Assembly: GCA_046482545.1 (NCBI GenBank)
Contig: JAWOEX010000022.1
Location: forward strand, 53,817-117,816
Length of the DNA: 64,000 nucleotides
Source of the DNA: Candidatus Thorarchaeota archaeon
GTDB taxonomy: Archaea; Asgardarchaeota; Thorarchaeia; Thorarchaeales; Thorarchaeaceae
Direction of reading: 5' to 3'
Part shown: positions 1-8,736 of the stretch, piece by piece
Layout: every line of letters begins with the position of its first letter
Position numbering within the stretch: the first letter of the stretch is position 1
Made by a program: the position numbers and the translations under genes
The notes under the pieces: model-generated
What the model saw: only the letters and a program-made list of their open reading frames with translations
Told to the model about the DNA's origin: nothing
Database searches by the model: none

Positions 1-262
1 CGTCGTAGGTATGTTACTGCAAACGCCTAGTCTTGGAATGGACATAACCAATGTGATTGCCAATTATCAGCGACAAACAGAATTTCCATTCGTTGTGGTA
101 TCGATGGGTGGTTCATTTACGACGAAAGCTGGCGAGGTTATGGAGCTTATGGGCTGTCCGACATATGCCACAGGAGAAAAAGCAGCATTAGCTGCCAAAG
201 CACTTGCTCAATTTGGAAAAATCAAATTCAGCGACAAATTCAATGAAACGGTAGATGTCTAA
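1..262 (+). CDS. Acetyl-CoA synthetase (ADP-forming) alpha subunit, C-terminal fragment; 5' end lies outside the window
   Basis: The reading frame is open from base 2. The C-terminal sequence (…CPTYATGEKAALAAKALAQFG…) sits immediately upstream of the ATP-grasp beta subunit, the usual acdA-acdB arrangement. Confidence 0.5.
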   Translation, partial: VVGMLLQTPSLGMDITNVIANYQRQTEFPFVVVSMGGSFTTKAGEVMELMGCPTYATGEKAALAAKALAQFGKIKFSDKFNETVDV

Positions 263-318
263 GAAACCATAAATAAGAAGGAAATTTGTTCATGACAATG
301 ATATAGAGGTCTGATAGA

Positions 319-1041
319 TTGAAGATTGCAAAGGAAATATTCAAAACCGCACGCAGAGAAGGCAGGAGCTTTGTTTTGGAGCATGAAGCCAAGAAAATCA
401 TGCAGGCATATGAGATTCCTGTACCCGAATTCAGTACAGCTGCTACAGCTGACAATGCTATTGAGGAAAGCCAGAAGATAGGATATCCAGTAGTTCTAAA
501 GATTCTATCGAAGGATGTGCTTCACAAGTCTGATGCAGGTGGAGTTAAAATCAATTTGAACAGTGATGACGAGGTCAGAGAGGCCTTTGACAAGATTATG
601 GAGAATGCTAAGGCTTATGGCGAAGAGCAAGGAGTAGATATAGACCTCAGCAGAGGTGTGTTCATTTCAGACTTCGCAGAAGAAGGAACTGAGGTAATCA
701 TTGGAGTTACAGAAGATCCTCAATTTGGCCATGCTCTGATGTTTGGCCTTGGGGGTATATTTGTGGAGGTTCTCAAGGATGTAACCTTCCGATTAATTCC
801 ACTGATGGAGGTGGACGCACGCGAGATGGTCAGGGAAATAAAGGCCTCAAAAATTCTTGACGGGGTAAGGGGTGAGCCTCCAAGAGACGTGGATGCACTG
901 GTTGAAGTGATTATGGCAGTCTCAAAAATGGTAGAAGAGAATCCGGAGATATCTGAGCTAGATTGTAATCCTACTTTCGTGTATGAGGCTGGAAAGGGGG
1001 CTACAGTGGTCGATGCACGCATTCTAATAGAAAAGGATTAG
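319..1041 (+). CDS. acdB: Acetyl-CoA synthetase (ADP-forming) beta subunit, ATP-grasp domain
   Basis: 240 aa with an ATP-grasp_5-like sequence (GYPVVLKILSKDVLHKSDAGGVKINL…, EVIIGV…FGH.LMFGLGGIFVEVLKDV). The size and motifs are typical of archaeal ACD beta. Confidence 0.75.
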   Translation: MKIAKEIFKTARREGRSFVLEHEAKKIMQAYEIPVPEFSTAATADNAIEESQKIGYPVVLKILSKDVLHKSDAGGVKINLNSDDEVREAFDKIMENAKAYGEEQGVDIDLSRGVFISDFAEEGTEVIIGVTEDPQFGHALMFGLGGIFVEVLKDVTFRLIPLMEVDAREMVREIKASKILDGVRGEPPRDVDALVEVIMAVSKMVEENPEISELDCNPTFVYEAGKGATVVDARILIEKD

Positions 1042-2384
1042 CTGACCTGCTCATTTAGAAGTCGGTCTACCGCTATCAGACCTAATTTCAGATTCGAATG
1101 TGAGAAAGTATCTGCTTCATCTCTCATTGAGCTAATCGAAAGGAGAAACACAAGTGACAGTAATCTGGGAACTAGTCCTGTATGCTCAAGCAGGAATTCT
1201 CGGTTTCCGGTTGCATCCACAATCAAACCTTCGAGTCTACGGCTGAGCAAGCTCAAATGATGACCTAGCTCTTCTGAGAAGTCCATTTCATTGAACAGAC
1301 GCTCAAACTGGGATGTATTCTTCAAGAATTCTGCTGGCATTCCAGCTTTTTGAAGAAGTGTCATTGCGTTGACAATAGATGTTTCGTACTCGTTAGAACC
1401 CACTCTGGAATGGGCTTGTTTGGCAGTATCAAATTGAACCAGAAAACGTAACGAATTGGTCAAGATGTTTCTTGAAATACTCGGCATAGTAGAGGATACC
1501 TGTGTGAGTAGTTCACTATGTTTATCTTCAAATCTTGCTGCTTGTGAAGACTCAAGACTATCTTCAAATTCGGAGGAAATTTTGACTTCTGCCGTCTTTG
1601 GCAACCATTCGTTAGTTCCTATTCGTCTTACTGCTGTTAACGCTACAAATTCCTCCTTGCAAATGTGGAACAGGAGGATTCGAACTAGGTCATAGGCAAT
1701 TTCAAAATCCTCTTCGTTGACTCTCGTTTTTCCCTTGCTACGGGCAGAAGCTGCACAGAGAATAGCCCACGAACTGATTACCATTCCACAAAGACCCTTG
1801 CGGTCCTTGTCAGGAAAATTGTGTTGTCGGAGAAAGCGGGATAGACGCTCGGCAGCTCCATCAATTCTTCCCAGTGCACTACTTCCCATCTTCACCGAGC
1901 CCAGTGATTTTAGGAAATCACGGGGATCTCGTGAAGGCGGGCGGATGATGAAGCTGGGACTTGTCCTATTCATCCGCCACCATTTGTTGGTCGAAAGAAA
2001 ATAGTCAAGGACATCTATTGATTGTGTTAAATCCGAGATTGTTGTGCTATCTCTTGTATCAAGATATGCTACTAACTTTGAGCAAAGAGACAAGAACCGG
2101 GATAGATGGGTATGTAATTCCTCACCTGCAAATCGACAATCCGAGAATCGATTAACAAGAGATTCGATTCTCTTGGAAGCTCCTCTTGAAAGATCACATC
2201 TCGCTAAGCCCTGATATACATCTATTGGCTTTCTTGCCAAGACTCCATATCTCCAGTATTCTCTCTTGTACGGGGTAGAAATCATTCTCCAAATATAAAA
2301 GACTGTGTCATTAGGCCAATGAGAGGAATCAGTGACCATAACGTCTGGAGCGCTGTTCATAAGATCGGAGAGCACGCCATACAT
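1038..2384 (-). CDS. Hypothetical protein, predicted mostly alpha-helical
   Basis: 448-aa ORF with no recognisable catalytic motif. Its annotated start overlaps the stop of uppS by 56 nt, so the true start is probably an internal Met near 2339-2360. Confidence 0.4.
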   Translation of the reverse strand: MYGVLSDLMNSAPDVMVTDSSHWPNDTVFYIWRMISTPYKREYWRYGVLARKPIDVYQGLARCDLSRGASKRIESLVNRFSDCRFAGEELHTHLSRFLSLCSKLVAYLDTRDSTTISDLTQSIDVLDYFLSTNKWWRMNRTSPSFIIRPPSRDPRDFLKSLGSVKMGSSALGRIDGAAERLSRFLRQHNFPDKDRKGLCGMVISSWAILCAASARSKGKTRVNEEDFEIAYDLVRILLFHICKEEFVALTAVRRIGTNEWLPKTAEVKISSEFEDSLESSQAARFEDKHSELLTQVSSTMPSISRNILTNSLRFLVQFDTAKQAHSRVGSNEYETSIVNAMTLLQKAGMPAEFLKNTSQFERLFNEMDFSEELGHHLSLLSRRLEGLIVDATGNREFLLEHTGLVPRLLSLVFLLSISSMRDEADTFSHSNLKLGLIAVDRLLNEQVS

Positions 2385-3105
2385 CGATACGCCTCACCGC
2401 AGGCCAGTAGATTTGCGCAAAATACAGCTCGGAATATGCCGATTGCCAAAGGAGAAAACCAGATAGTCGTTCTTCTCCAGATGTGCGTATTATCAAATCT
2501 GGGTCACGTATGCCATTAGTATAAAGGTGAGTCTCAACAATGCCCTCGTCGATTTCATCAGGTGATAGCCCACCTGATTTGATTTCACGACCAATCTCTT
2601 TCACCGCATCAACAAGTTCTGCTCTACCCGAATAGCCTATGGCAACATTGAGAATGTGCTTGTGGTAATCCTTTGTCTCTTCTTCCGCCATTTGTATAGC
2701 CTCGGCAACTTCTTCGGGCAGCAAGTCGACTCTTCCGATTGCGCGTATCCTGACTTGATGCTTGTGGATGTCGGGATTCCCAACTACCTCCGAGAATTTC
2801 TCTCGGGCAATCTCCATGATTTCGCTAACTTCCCTTTCAGCCCTCTGAAAATTTTCAAGCGAGAAGGCGTAGATGGTACAGATTTTGACACCCGATTCCC
2901 AGAGAATTTTCAAAACTTCCATTACTTTCTGTGCACCACGCCGGTGACCGTACCATGGCGTGTCAAGCCCATGCTCTCTGGCATACCGCCTGTTTCCATC
3001 AAGAATCACACCAACGTGCTCTGGAGCATTTTCCTTGTCCAGCTGGCGATTTAACCACCATTCGTACAATCTATAAACTGGTCCGGCGATATTCATGCTC
3101 GACAC
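2329..3105 (-). CDS. uppS: cis-Prenyl (undecaprenyl-type) diphosphate synthase
   Basis: Carries the family motifs HVGVILDGNRRYA, …FSLENFQR… and RTSGEERLSGFLLWQSAYSELYF. These are classic UPPS / cis-IPTase signatures. Confidence 0.8.
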   Translation of the reverse strand: MSSMNIAGPVYRLYEWWLNRQLDKENAPEHVGVILDGNRRYAREHGLDTPWYGHRRGAQKVMEVLKILWESGVKICTIYAFSLENFQRAEREVSEIMEIAREKFSEVVGNPDIHKHQVRIRAIGRVDLLPEEVAEAIQMAEEETKDYHKHILNVAIGYSGRAELVDAVKEIGREIKSGGLSPDEIDEGIVETHLYTNGIRDPDLIIRTSGEERLSGFLLWQSAYSELYFAQIYWPAVRRIDVWRALRSYEQRSRRYGH

Positions 3106-3168
3106 ATATCCTCGTTAATCAAGCCTAAATTGGATGTTAAAAGATTTGATGATGTCGGACTTGTTTCA

Positions 3169-3552
3169 CTAAATCATTGTCGCGACTTTCGCAGCAGCCC
3201 GTTTCATGTCCAAAAAAACCAGTCCGAGTTTTGCATTGGCAGTAGTAGAAACTGTAAGGCAAGCGTTCATGCCAGCCTGAATTACCAGAAGCCACCCATC
3301 ATCGCCTTTGATATTAACCTGCTCAAGATCCCCCTTTCCTAGCTCAATAGCAGCCTTCTCTCCCAAGGTCAACATTGCGGCTGTCATCGCAGCGACCTTG
3401 GCCTCATCGACATTCGTAGGCAGGGCTGATACTATAGGCAATCCTTCTACACTAACTATTGCACATGCCTGTATCTCAGGAATACTACCTTGCAACTCGT
3501 TTAGTACGCTTTCCAGCGTTTCACCTCGCGATTCCGCCATCTGTTTTCTCAC
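3169..3552 (-). CDS. Roadblock/LC7 (MglB-like) domain protein
   Basis: 127 aa with a Robl_LC7-like alpha-beta fold pattern. It is the last gene of the GTPase operon. Confidence 0.7.
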   Translation of the reverse strand: MRKQMAESRGETLESVLNELQGSIPEIQACAIVSVEGLPIVSALPTNVDEAKVAAMTAAMLTLGEKAAIELGKGDLEQVNIKGDDGWLLVIQAGMNACLTVSTTANAKLGLVFLDMKRAAAKVATMI

Positions 3553-3554
3553 CT

Positions 3555-4118
3555 TTACTTGTACATACGCTTGAGTATTACCTCTCGTGCTATAGCTTGG
3601 AATGCCCTCTTAACTCCAACGCCTTGTATGGCAATGGTTTCATAGACGGGTATGTTCCCACCTAGCCCCAAAACGTCGAGCATCTCATCTCGTGACATCC
3701 TGTTAGGAAGATCTCTCTTATTGAGCATAATTACAATAGGAACCTCGCGTTGGAGCGCATCCCCCATGAACATTTTCAGCTCCTCGAAAGATTCCGCATT
3801 CTCATCTCTTTGATCTGGTGATGAATCAGCCACAAATAGAATACCATCCGTCCCTTGTAGCACAACCTTCCTCTGATGGCGATGTCTCTTCTGGCCAGCT
3901 ACTGTAAATACGTCAAACAGAACCCTGCCTCCTGCACTCATGGGCACATAGTCGAAGAAGAGGGTTCGATTTGTCTCATCTTCAATTGAAGTAAAGTCCC
4001 CCTTCTGTAGCCCTTCGACTTTACCATATAACCATCTTAATGCTGTAGTCTTTCCACCTAAGCTTGGGCCATAGAATACTATCTTTAGGTGAATACGGCC
4101 TTTATCGTCCTTCCTCAT
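3555..4118 (-). CDS. Small Ras-superfamily GTPase (MglA/Arf/Rag-like)
   Basis: P-loop GPSLGGKTT (G1), switch-II DVFTVAGQ (G3) and NKRDL (G4) are present. The 187-aa protein is flanked by Roadblock genes. Confidence 0.8.
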   Translation of the reverse strand: MRKDDKGRIHLKIVFYGPSLGGKTTALRWLYGKVEGLQKGDFTSIEDETNRTLFFDYVPMSAGGRVLFDVFTVAGQKRHRHQRKVVLQGTDGILFVADSSPDQRDENAESFEELKMFMGDALQREVPIVIMLNKRDLPNRMSRDEMLDVLGLGGNIPVYETIAIQGVGVKRAFQAIAREVILKRMYK

Positions 4119-4437
4119 TGCAAACCACCTTTGTATCGGCTACAGTTCCGTAACTGCCGAATTGAGACATGTGAATTCCCAAGTCTGGGCCATATGGCAG
4201 GGAATATGTAGGAGTAATAGTCGTCACATCCTTGAGTGAAAGGAAGATTCCTAGGTTGTATCCCCTAGTACGGGGTCGGCTGCCGTTAGAGTCTGGCCTA
4301 ATAAAAGGCTTTGTGGCACACATCGTAAGGCCCTTGCCAATATTGAGGAACTCGCTAGACTTTCTCGAGCTCTTCCAAAGCCTGTTTAAGCCCTTCCTCG
4401 TCAAGCTCTTTACTCTTAGCAGGAGTTGTTGTTTCAA
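4102..4437 (-). CDS. Hypothetical small ORF in the GTPase-Roadblock spacer
   Basis: A 111-aa ORF covers the 236-bp gap between the GTPase and the upstream Roadblock gene. It overlaps both neighbours and has no recognisable domain. It may be spurious or may start at an internal Met near 4321. Confidence 0.2.
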   Translation of the reverse strand: MKQQLLLRVKSLTRKGLNRLWKSSRKSSEFLNIGKGLTMCATKPFIRPDSNGSRPRTRGYNLGIFLSLKDVTTITPTYSLPYGPDLGIHMSQFGSYGTVADTKVVCNEEGR

Positions 4438-4828
4438 CTGCCAAGAATTTGTCCAGTTCGTCAGCCAATTCCTTGCCTTGTTTCTTCATAACAAGCCGGA
4501 TGAGTCCGATGTTTACTTCAGCTCCGGAAACGACGCTAAGAACACCTTTCCCACAAGCTGATGCAAAAATTTTCCCATCGGAGAATTCAGAGGTAACTAT
4601 CTCCAAGTCACCGATTTGAAGATTCTTACCTTGTTCTTCACTTGCACAGAAAACCGCGCTGGCAATAGCACCAATAGAATCGGTATCAACAGGGAAAGGA
4701 GCCAACTTGGATACATTGGCAATCGTTAGGCCGGTCTTATCAGTCAAGATGACACGCTTAATCCCTTTATCCTGCCTAATAATCTCAGTCAAGATTTTGT
4801 CGAATTGTTTTGGGTCGCTCATAATCAC
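4355..4828 (-). CDS. Roadblock/LC7 domain protein with a C-terminal charged extension
   Basis: The N-terminal ~110 aa match the Robl/LC7 pattern (…RVILTDKTGLTIANVS…). The C-terminus is a KE-rich helical tail. Confidence 0.65.
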   Translation of the reverse strand: MIMSDPKQFDKILTEIIRQDKGIKRVILTDKTGLTIANVSKLAPFPVDTDSIGAIASAVFCASEEQGKNLQIGDLEIVTSEFSDGKIFASACGKGVLSVVSGAEVNIGLIRLVMKKQGKELADELDKFLAVETTTPAKSKELDEEGLKQALEELEKV

Positions 4829-4844
4829 ATTACCCTCTCAAACT

Positions 4845-5138
4845 TTATTTCTTAAGGACTATTAGAATCAAGCCCTCTTTCTCATCAGGCGCGATATTAA
4901 TCTGACCTTTAGATGTGTCAAGTGTAAGGAACGACAGCGAGCCCTCTTTGAGCTCTCGTACTGCGTCCAAAGCTTTACCAACAAGAGATGTCACAATTGC
5001 TGCGATATTCTCAGTTGTTTGAGCGTCGAGATCACTACTCAGGGGTAGTCCTTCCATGCTTGTCACAATCACGCCGCGAACTCCTTCCTGAGCTTTGAGC
5101 TTGGAAAGGATTGATTGTAGTCTTTCTTGGCTTATCAA
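4845..5138 (-). CDS. Roadblock/LC7 domain protein
   Basis: 97 aa with …[17 protein letters not shown]…. It is the first gene of the operon. Confidence 0.7.
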   Translation of the reverse strand: MISQERLQSILSKLKAQEGVRGVIVTSMEGLPLSSDLDAQTTENIAAIVTSLVGKALDAVRELKEGSLSFLTLDTSKGQINIAPDEKEGLILIVLKK

Positions 5139-5276
5139 CTTCTGGAATCCCCACTGATGGCAATCATGCTCTTGGCATCTAGTAGGCCACTTTTGGGTAT
5201 TTTAGACTTGTGGCAATGTGTTATCTGAAATATGCCCTAATTGCGCAAAAGATACCATAATGTAATGCACTATCTG

Positions 5277-5720
5277 TATAACCCATTTCTTACAGCTGAG
5301 TAAACTGCGTGAAACTTCTGTGTTCCACCCTTCCCCTGCCAGCGTCGCCGCTCCTACGGTACCCGTAGGCCCGTGAGTCAGCAGGGGCTTTGTCCGCGTT
5401 CACTGGAATGGGATTCCTCCCGCGGTCCTGGCTTCCTTCTCCTGTCGTCATCCCGGGTCATCACTCCCGGCAACAGCGAGGTCTTCCACAGTCTTTGCCA
5501 CGGCGTGGTCATGATCACCCACCTCAGCCTTGTCACCGTAGCTGAGAAGGACCATCTAGACATGGTGAACAGCCGCGGACTCTCCGGAACCTGATGAAGT
5601 TCCTTCAATGGAGAGTGGGGACTTCTGTTTAGTGGAACGGATACACCTCACAGCTTTCGGGGCTGAGCGCTTCTCCCGTTGGGAGTGGCTCACCGCCCTA
5701 ATCCTACTGATATTCGGTAC
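5277..5720 (+). repeat. GC-rich non-coding repeat element, copy A
   Basis: Begins with the conserved module TATAACCCATTTCTTACAGCTGAGTAAACTGCGTGAAACTTCTGTGTTCCACCCTTCCCCTGCCAG. It contains the hairpin motif TCATCCCGGGTCATCACTCCCGG and the block GCAGGGGCTTTGTCCGCGTTCACTGGAATGGGA, both shared with copies at 34107 and 38809. No credible ORF is present. Confidence 0.5.
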
Positions 5721-5912
5721 TGTAGTCTGTCTAATGAATTTTTCTTTGGTCACAAAAAGGGCTCGATGAAATCTTACACTTTACTGTGCTGATTTACTTA
5801 GGACTTTGTAAGATTTACAAAGCTCTTGAACTCCTGAGTTGTTTTTGTTCCTTTCCACCAATCATTTATGCGAGGATTGTTGCATACCGGTAGTACAACC
5901 GGGGACACGAAC

Positions 5913-6947
5913 ATGGGTACAAAACTCGGATCGATTGTCCAGGCGGAGACACTCTCACTATCGGATTTATCTGGTCGTGAGATTGCAATAGACGCCTTCA
6001 ATTCAATATATTCTTTCTTGGCGATAATCCGTCAGCCGGACGGCACTCCTCTCAAAGATCAAAAGGGGAGAGTAACAAGCCATTTGAGCGGCCTTTTCTA
6101 CAGGAATATCAACCTACTTGAAAAGGGCATCTACCCTATTTATGTATTTGATGGAGAACCACCTGAGCTCAAGTCTGAAGAAATAGAACGCAGAAAAAAG
6201 GTCAGAAAAGAAGCTCGGAAAGAATGGAAAAAAGCCAAGGAAGAAGGGCGGATAGAGGATGCTAGAAAGGCCGCCCAAGCAAGCTCTAAACTCACGGAAG
6301 AGATGGTCATCGATAGCGAGGCACTACTGTCTGCCCTAGGCATCCCTCATATACAAGCCCTCTCGGAAGGCGAAGCACTGGCCGCTCAGCTCGCAAGAGA
6401 AGATATGGTCTGGGCAAGTGCAAGCCAAGATAACGATTCCCTTCTCTATGGTTGTCCGCGCATGATACGCAATCTGACCATTTCAGGTCGCCGAAGATCT
6501 TCCTCTTCTACTGGTTATATCACTATCGAGCCTGAACTCATTGATCTTGACCTTAACCTCCGATTACTTGAAATATCCCGTGAGCAGCTAATAGATATAG
6601 CAATCCTAGTTGGTACTGACTACAATGATTCGCCTCCAGGTATTGGCCCCAAGACTGCCTTGAAGCTGGTCAAAGAACACGAAAACCTTGAAGGGATAGA
6701 ATCAGCAACTGATTTTGATTTTGATTTTCCATATGAAAGGATTCGTGGCATATTCTTGAACCCTCCTGTAGTAGAAGTAGAATCCCCAGAGTGGGTCGAC
6801 CCAGACTTCGATGGCGTCCGACGGATTCTGTGTGATGCACATGATTTCAGCGAAAAAAGGGTTGATAGTTCCCTTGAGCGGCTCAAGGCTTCATTAGAAA
6901 AAATACGAGATACCACCCGACAAAGTGCTTTAGAAGATTTCTTCTAA
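5913..6947 (+). CDS. fen: Flap endonuclease 1
   Basis: XPG N/I nuclease motifs are present (MGTKLGS…AIDAFNSIYSF…, IYVFDGEPPELK, GIPHIQALSEGEA). A likely start at the internal Met (5913) matches archaeal FEN1 N-termini. Confidence 0.9.
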   Translation: MGTKLGSIVQAETLSLSDLSGREIAIDAFNSIYSFLAIIRQPDGTPLKDQKGRVTSHLSGLFYRNINLLEKGIYPIYVFDGEPPELKSEEIERRKKVRKEARKEWKKAKEEGRIEDARKAAQASSKLTEEMVIDSEALLSALGIPHIQALSEGEALAAQLAREDMVWASASQDNDSLLYGCPRMIRNLTISGRRRSSSSTGYITIEPELIDLDLNLRLLEISREQLIDIAILVGTDYNDSPPGIGPKTALKLVKEHENLEGIESATDFDFDFPYERIRGIFLNPPVVEVESPEWVDPDFDGVRRILCDAHDFSEKRVDSSLERLKASLEKIRDTTRQSALEDFF

Positions 6948-7053
6948 TCAAAGACCAAAAAATCAATCCCATTCACAAACATTCAAGAACACTCTTCGGA
7001 TGGACATGATAAATATGGTCTTGCACACACCTAGTTGTACATGGTGAAGCATA

Positions 7054-7761
7054 ATGATGCGTGAAAGAATGACAGCTGTTAGAGCCTGCGTAAGTGATAT
7101 AGTCGACGGCAAATATGCGGATGATACCGGTCCCCATGTGGTTTCCCCTCATGGTGTAGAGCTTCGCCGTGTAGTACTACTCGGTTTTGTTGTCAACAAG
7201 TATACTGGTGATGGCAATTTTGCAAGTATAACGATAGATGACGGCACTGAAACTATCAGGGCTAAGGCTTGGGGAACTGAAGCTGCTTTACTCGAGGAAA
7301 CCCCTGAAGAAAAGCTTGTGCTAGTTGTTGGCAAAATCCGAGAATATGAAGATGAGACATATGTTGTACCTGAAATAATAGAAGAAGTCGAAGACTCTAA
7401 TCTCATGACCCTTCATCTGCTGGAACGATACCAAGCGTTGCTTACACGAACTGGTCTTTCGACATTGGAAACACCGCCGGAGGAAATATCGGAAACGCAA
7501 TCAAGACAAGAAGAGACTCTCTCTACTGAAAACACACTTACCTCATACGCACACGAAGAAGACACAGCTGTCACGCTTTCTGAACAGATACTTCAGTTCA
7601 TCCAAAACAGAGCCGGTCAAGAAGGTGTCAAACTAAATGAAGTTGTCGAGCATTTCACAGCCAAGGGTGAGAAGAAATCAGATATCACTCTGAAGGTTAT
7701 CGATTTACAGGATACTCAGAGAATTCGCGAAGTAGAGATTGGCCGATATGTTTCCGTGTGA
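7054..7761 (+). CDS. OB-fold protein, RPA32(RPA2)-like, with a C-terminal winged helix
   Basis: Central OB-fold pattern (VVLLGFVVNKYTGDGNFASITIDDGTETIRAKAWG…LVLVVGKIREYE), followed by an acidic linker and a wH-like C-terminus. Confidence 0.5.
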   Translation: MMRERMTAVRACVSDIVDGKYADDTGPHVVSPHGVELRRVVLLGFVVNKYTGDGNFASITIDDGTETIRAKAWGTEAALLEETPEEKLVLVVGKIREYEDETYVVPEIIEEVEDSNLMTLHLLERYQALLTRTGLSTLETPPEEISETQSRQEETLSTENTLTSYAHEEDTAVTLSEQILQFIQNRAGQEGVKLNEVVEHFTAKGEKKSDITLKVIDLQDTQRIREVEIGRYVSV

Positions 7762-7802
7762 GAACAGAAGCTTCAATAAAGGAGAATGGAGAGAATCGTA
7801 GT

Positions 7803-8216
7803 ATGGAAGAATATGATAGCCTGCTGAAAAGAGGACGGTCACAGGTCCCGAAAGATGCATTTGACAAATCTGGTGAACGTTTCCAAGTGCCGGATGTTCA
7901 ATTGATAGTCCAAGGTAACAGGACCATTTGGCAGAATTTCCAGGAGATAGTAGACATCCTGAATCGGCCCGGCAAGGAGGTACTGAAATACGTATCTGGC
8001 CAGCTGGCTACTGCAGGGACGATTGAAGGGGGGAATGCTATTTTCAATGGCAAGTTTTACTCACACAACGTGCAAAATGTGCTGGAGGAGTATATCCAGG
8101 ACTACGTAATATGCCCTGTTTGTGGCAGGCCTGATACCCACGTGGAGAAAGAGAAGAACGCCTATTACTTGCGTTGTTCAGCATGTGGAGCTCGAACATC
8201 AATCCGACCTGTATGA
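7803..8216 (+). CDS. eif2b: Translation initiation factor 2 beta subunit
   Basis: Shows the eIF2B_5 pattern and the C-terminal C4 zinc ribbon ICPVCGRPDT…LRCSACGA. Start is placed at an internal Met with GGAGAG upstream. The longer ORF would start at 7758. Confidence 0.85.
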   Translation: MEEYDSLLKRGRSQVPKDAFDKSGERFQVPDVQLIVQGNRTIWQNFQEIVDILNRPGKEVLKYVSGQLATAGTIEGGNAIFNGKFYSHNVQNVLEEYIQDYVICPVCGRPDTHVEKEKNAYYLRCSACGARTSIRPV

Positions 8217-8226
8217 AGGGAGTAAG

Positions 8227-8529
8227 ATGACAGTGAAGGTCTATATGCGGGTTCAAGAGACAATGGAGCACTATCTTGTGGCGATGTGCGACAAGGGTTT
8301 GCTGAATAAGACATTAGTCAAAGGCGATCTTGAGTTCAAGGTAAATCCCGAATTCTATGGAGACGAGCTGGTGCAAATTGATGAGTGCCTTGAACACCTT
8401 AAGAAGGCCACAATTGTAAACATGGTGGGCAAGACGACTGTGGATGCAGCAATGGAAGCTGGAATGGTTCACAAGAGCGCGGTAGTTTACATCGAGGGAC
8501 ACCCGCATGCTCAATGGTTGCAGCTCTAA
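8227..8529 (+). CDS. DUF424-family small protein
   Basis: The pattern (…MCDKGLL…GDLEFKVNPEFYGDELVQIDEC…) sits in the typical position after aIF2beta in archaea. There is an RBS GGAG upstream of ATG 8227. The longer ORF from 8122 overlaps eif2b. Confidence 0.55.
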   Translation: MTVKVYMRVQETMEHYLVAMCDKGLLNKTLVKGDLEFKVNPEFYGDELVQIDECLEHLKKATIVNMVGKTTVDAAMEAGMVHKSAVVYIEGHPHAQWLQL

Positions 8530-8620
8530 AACTAACAATAATAAGCCATTTTTGGAATTCTATCCCCAAGCATGAAAACTCAAAATATACAATACTATAT
8601 ATTCTAAGTAGCCGTTTTCA

Positions 8621-8720
8621 ATAATCCGTTTCTTACAGGGTGAATGAACTCAACTTGCCTGAAACTTCTATTACTTCGTGACCTACTGGTAGATATCCGG
8701 CGACTTTAAAGCAGATATGA
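8621..8720 (+). repeat. Short, degenerate copy of the GC-rich repeat head module, copy D
   Basis: AATAATCCGTTTCTTACAGGGTGAATGAACTCAACTTGCCTGAAACTTCTATTAC aligns with the head module of copies A, B and C. It lies directly upstream of the NMD3 homolog. Confidence 0.3.
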
Positions 8721-8736
8721 AGTATTCCAAAATGAG

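Noticed and set aside
720-1022. Antisense and overlapping ORFs inside well-supported genes, for example 720-1022(-), 1456-1695(+), 2656-3054(+), 14934-15530(+), 32970-33941(+) and 41561-41866(+)
   Set aside because: Each lies wholly within a longer ORF on the other strand or frame that has clear family motifs. Their translations are low-complexity or Ser/Pro-rich shadow products.
5277-5720. GC-rich non-coding blocks considered as SRP RNA, RNase P RNA or rRNA fragments
   Set aside because: They occur in multiple paralogous copies. They lack the universally conserved RNase P motifs (AGGAAAGTCC/GGGAAACGG) and the SRP helix-8 motifs. The small ORFs inside copy A (5373-5594 and 5378-5608) are opposite-strand mirror ORFs typical of GC-rich sequence.
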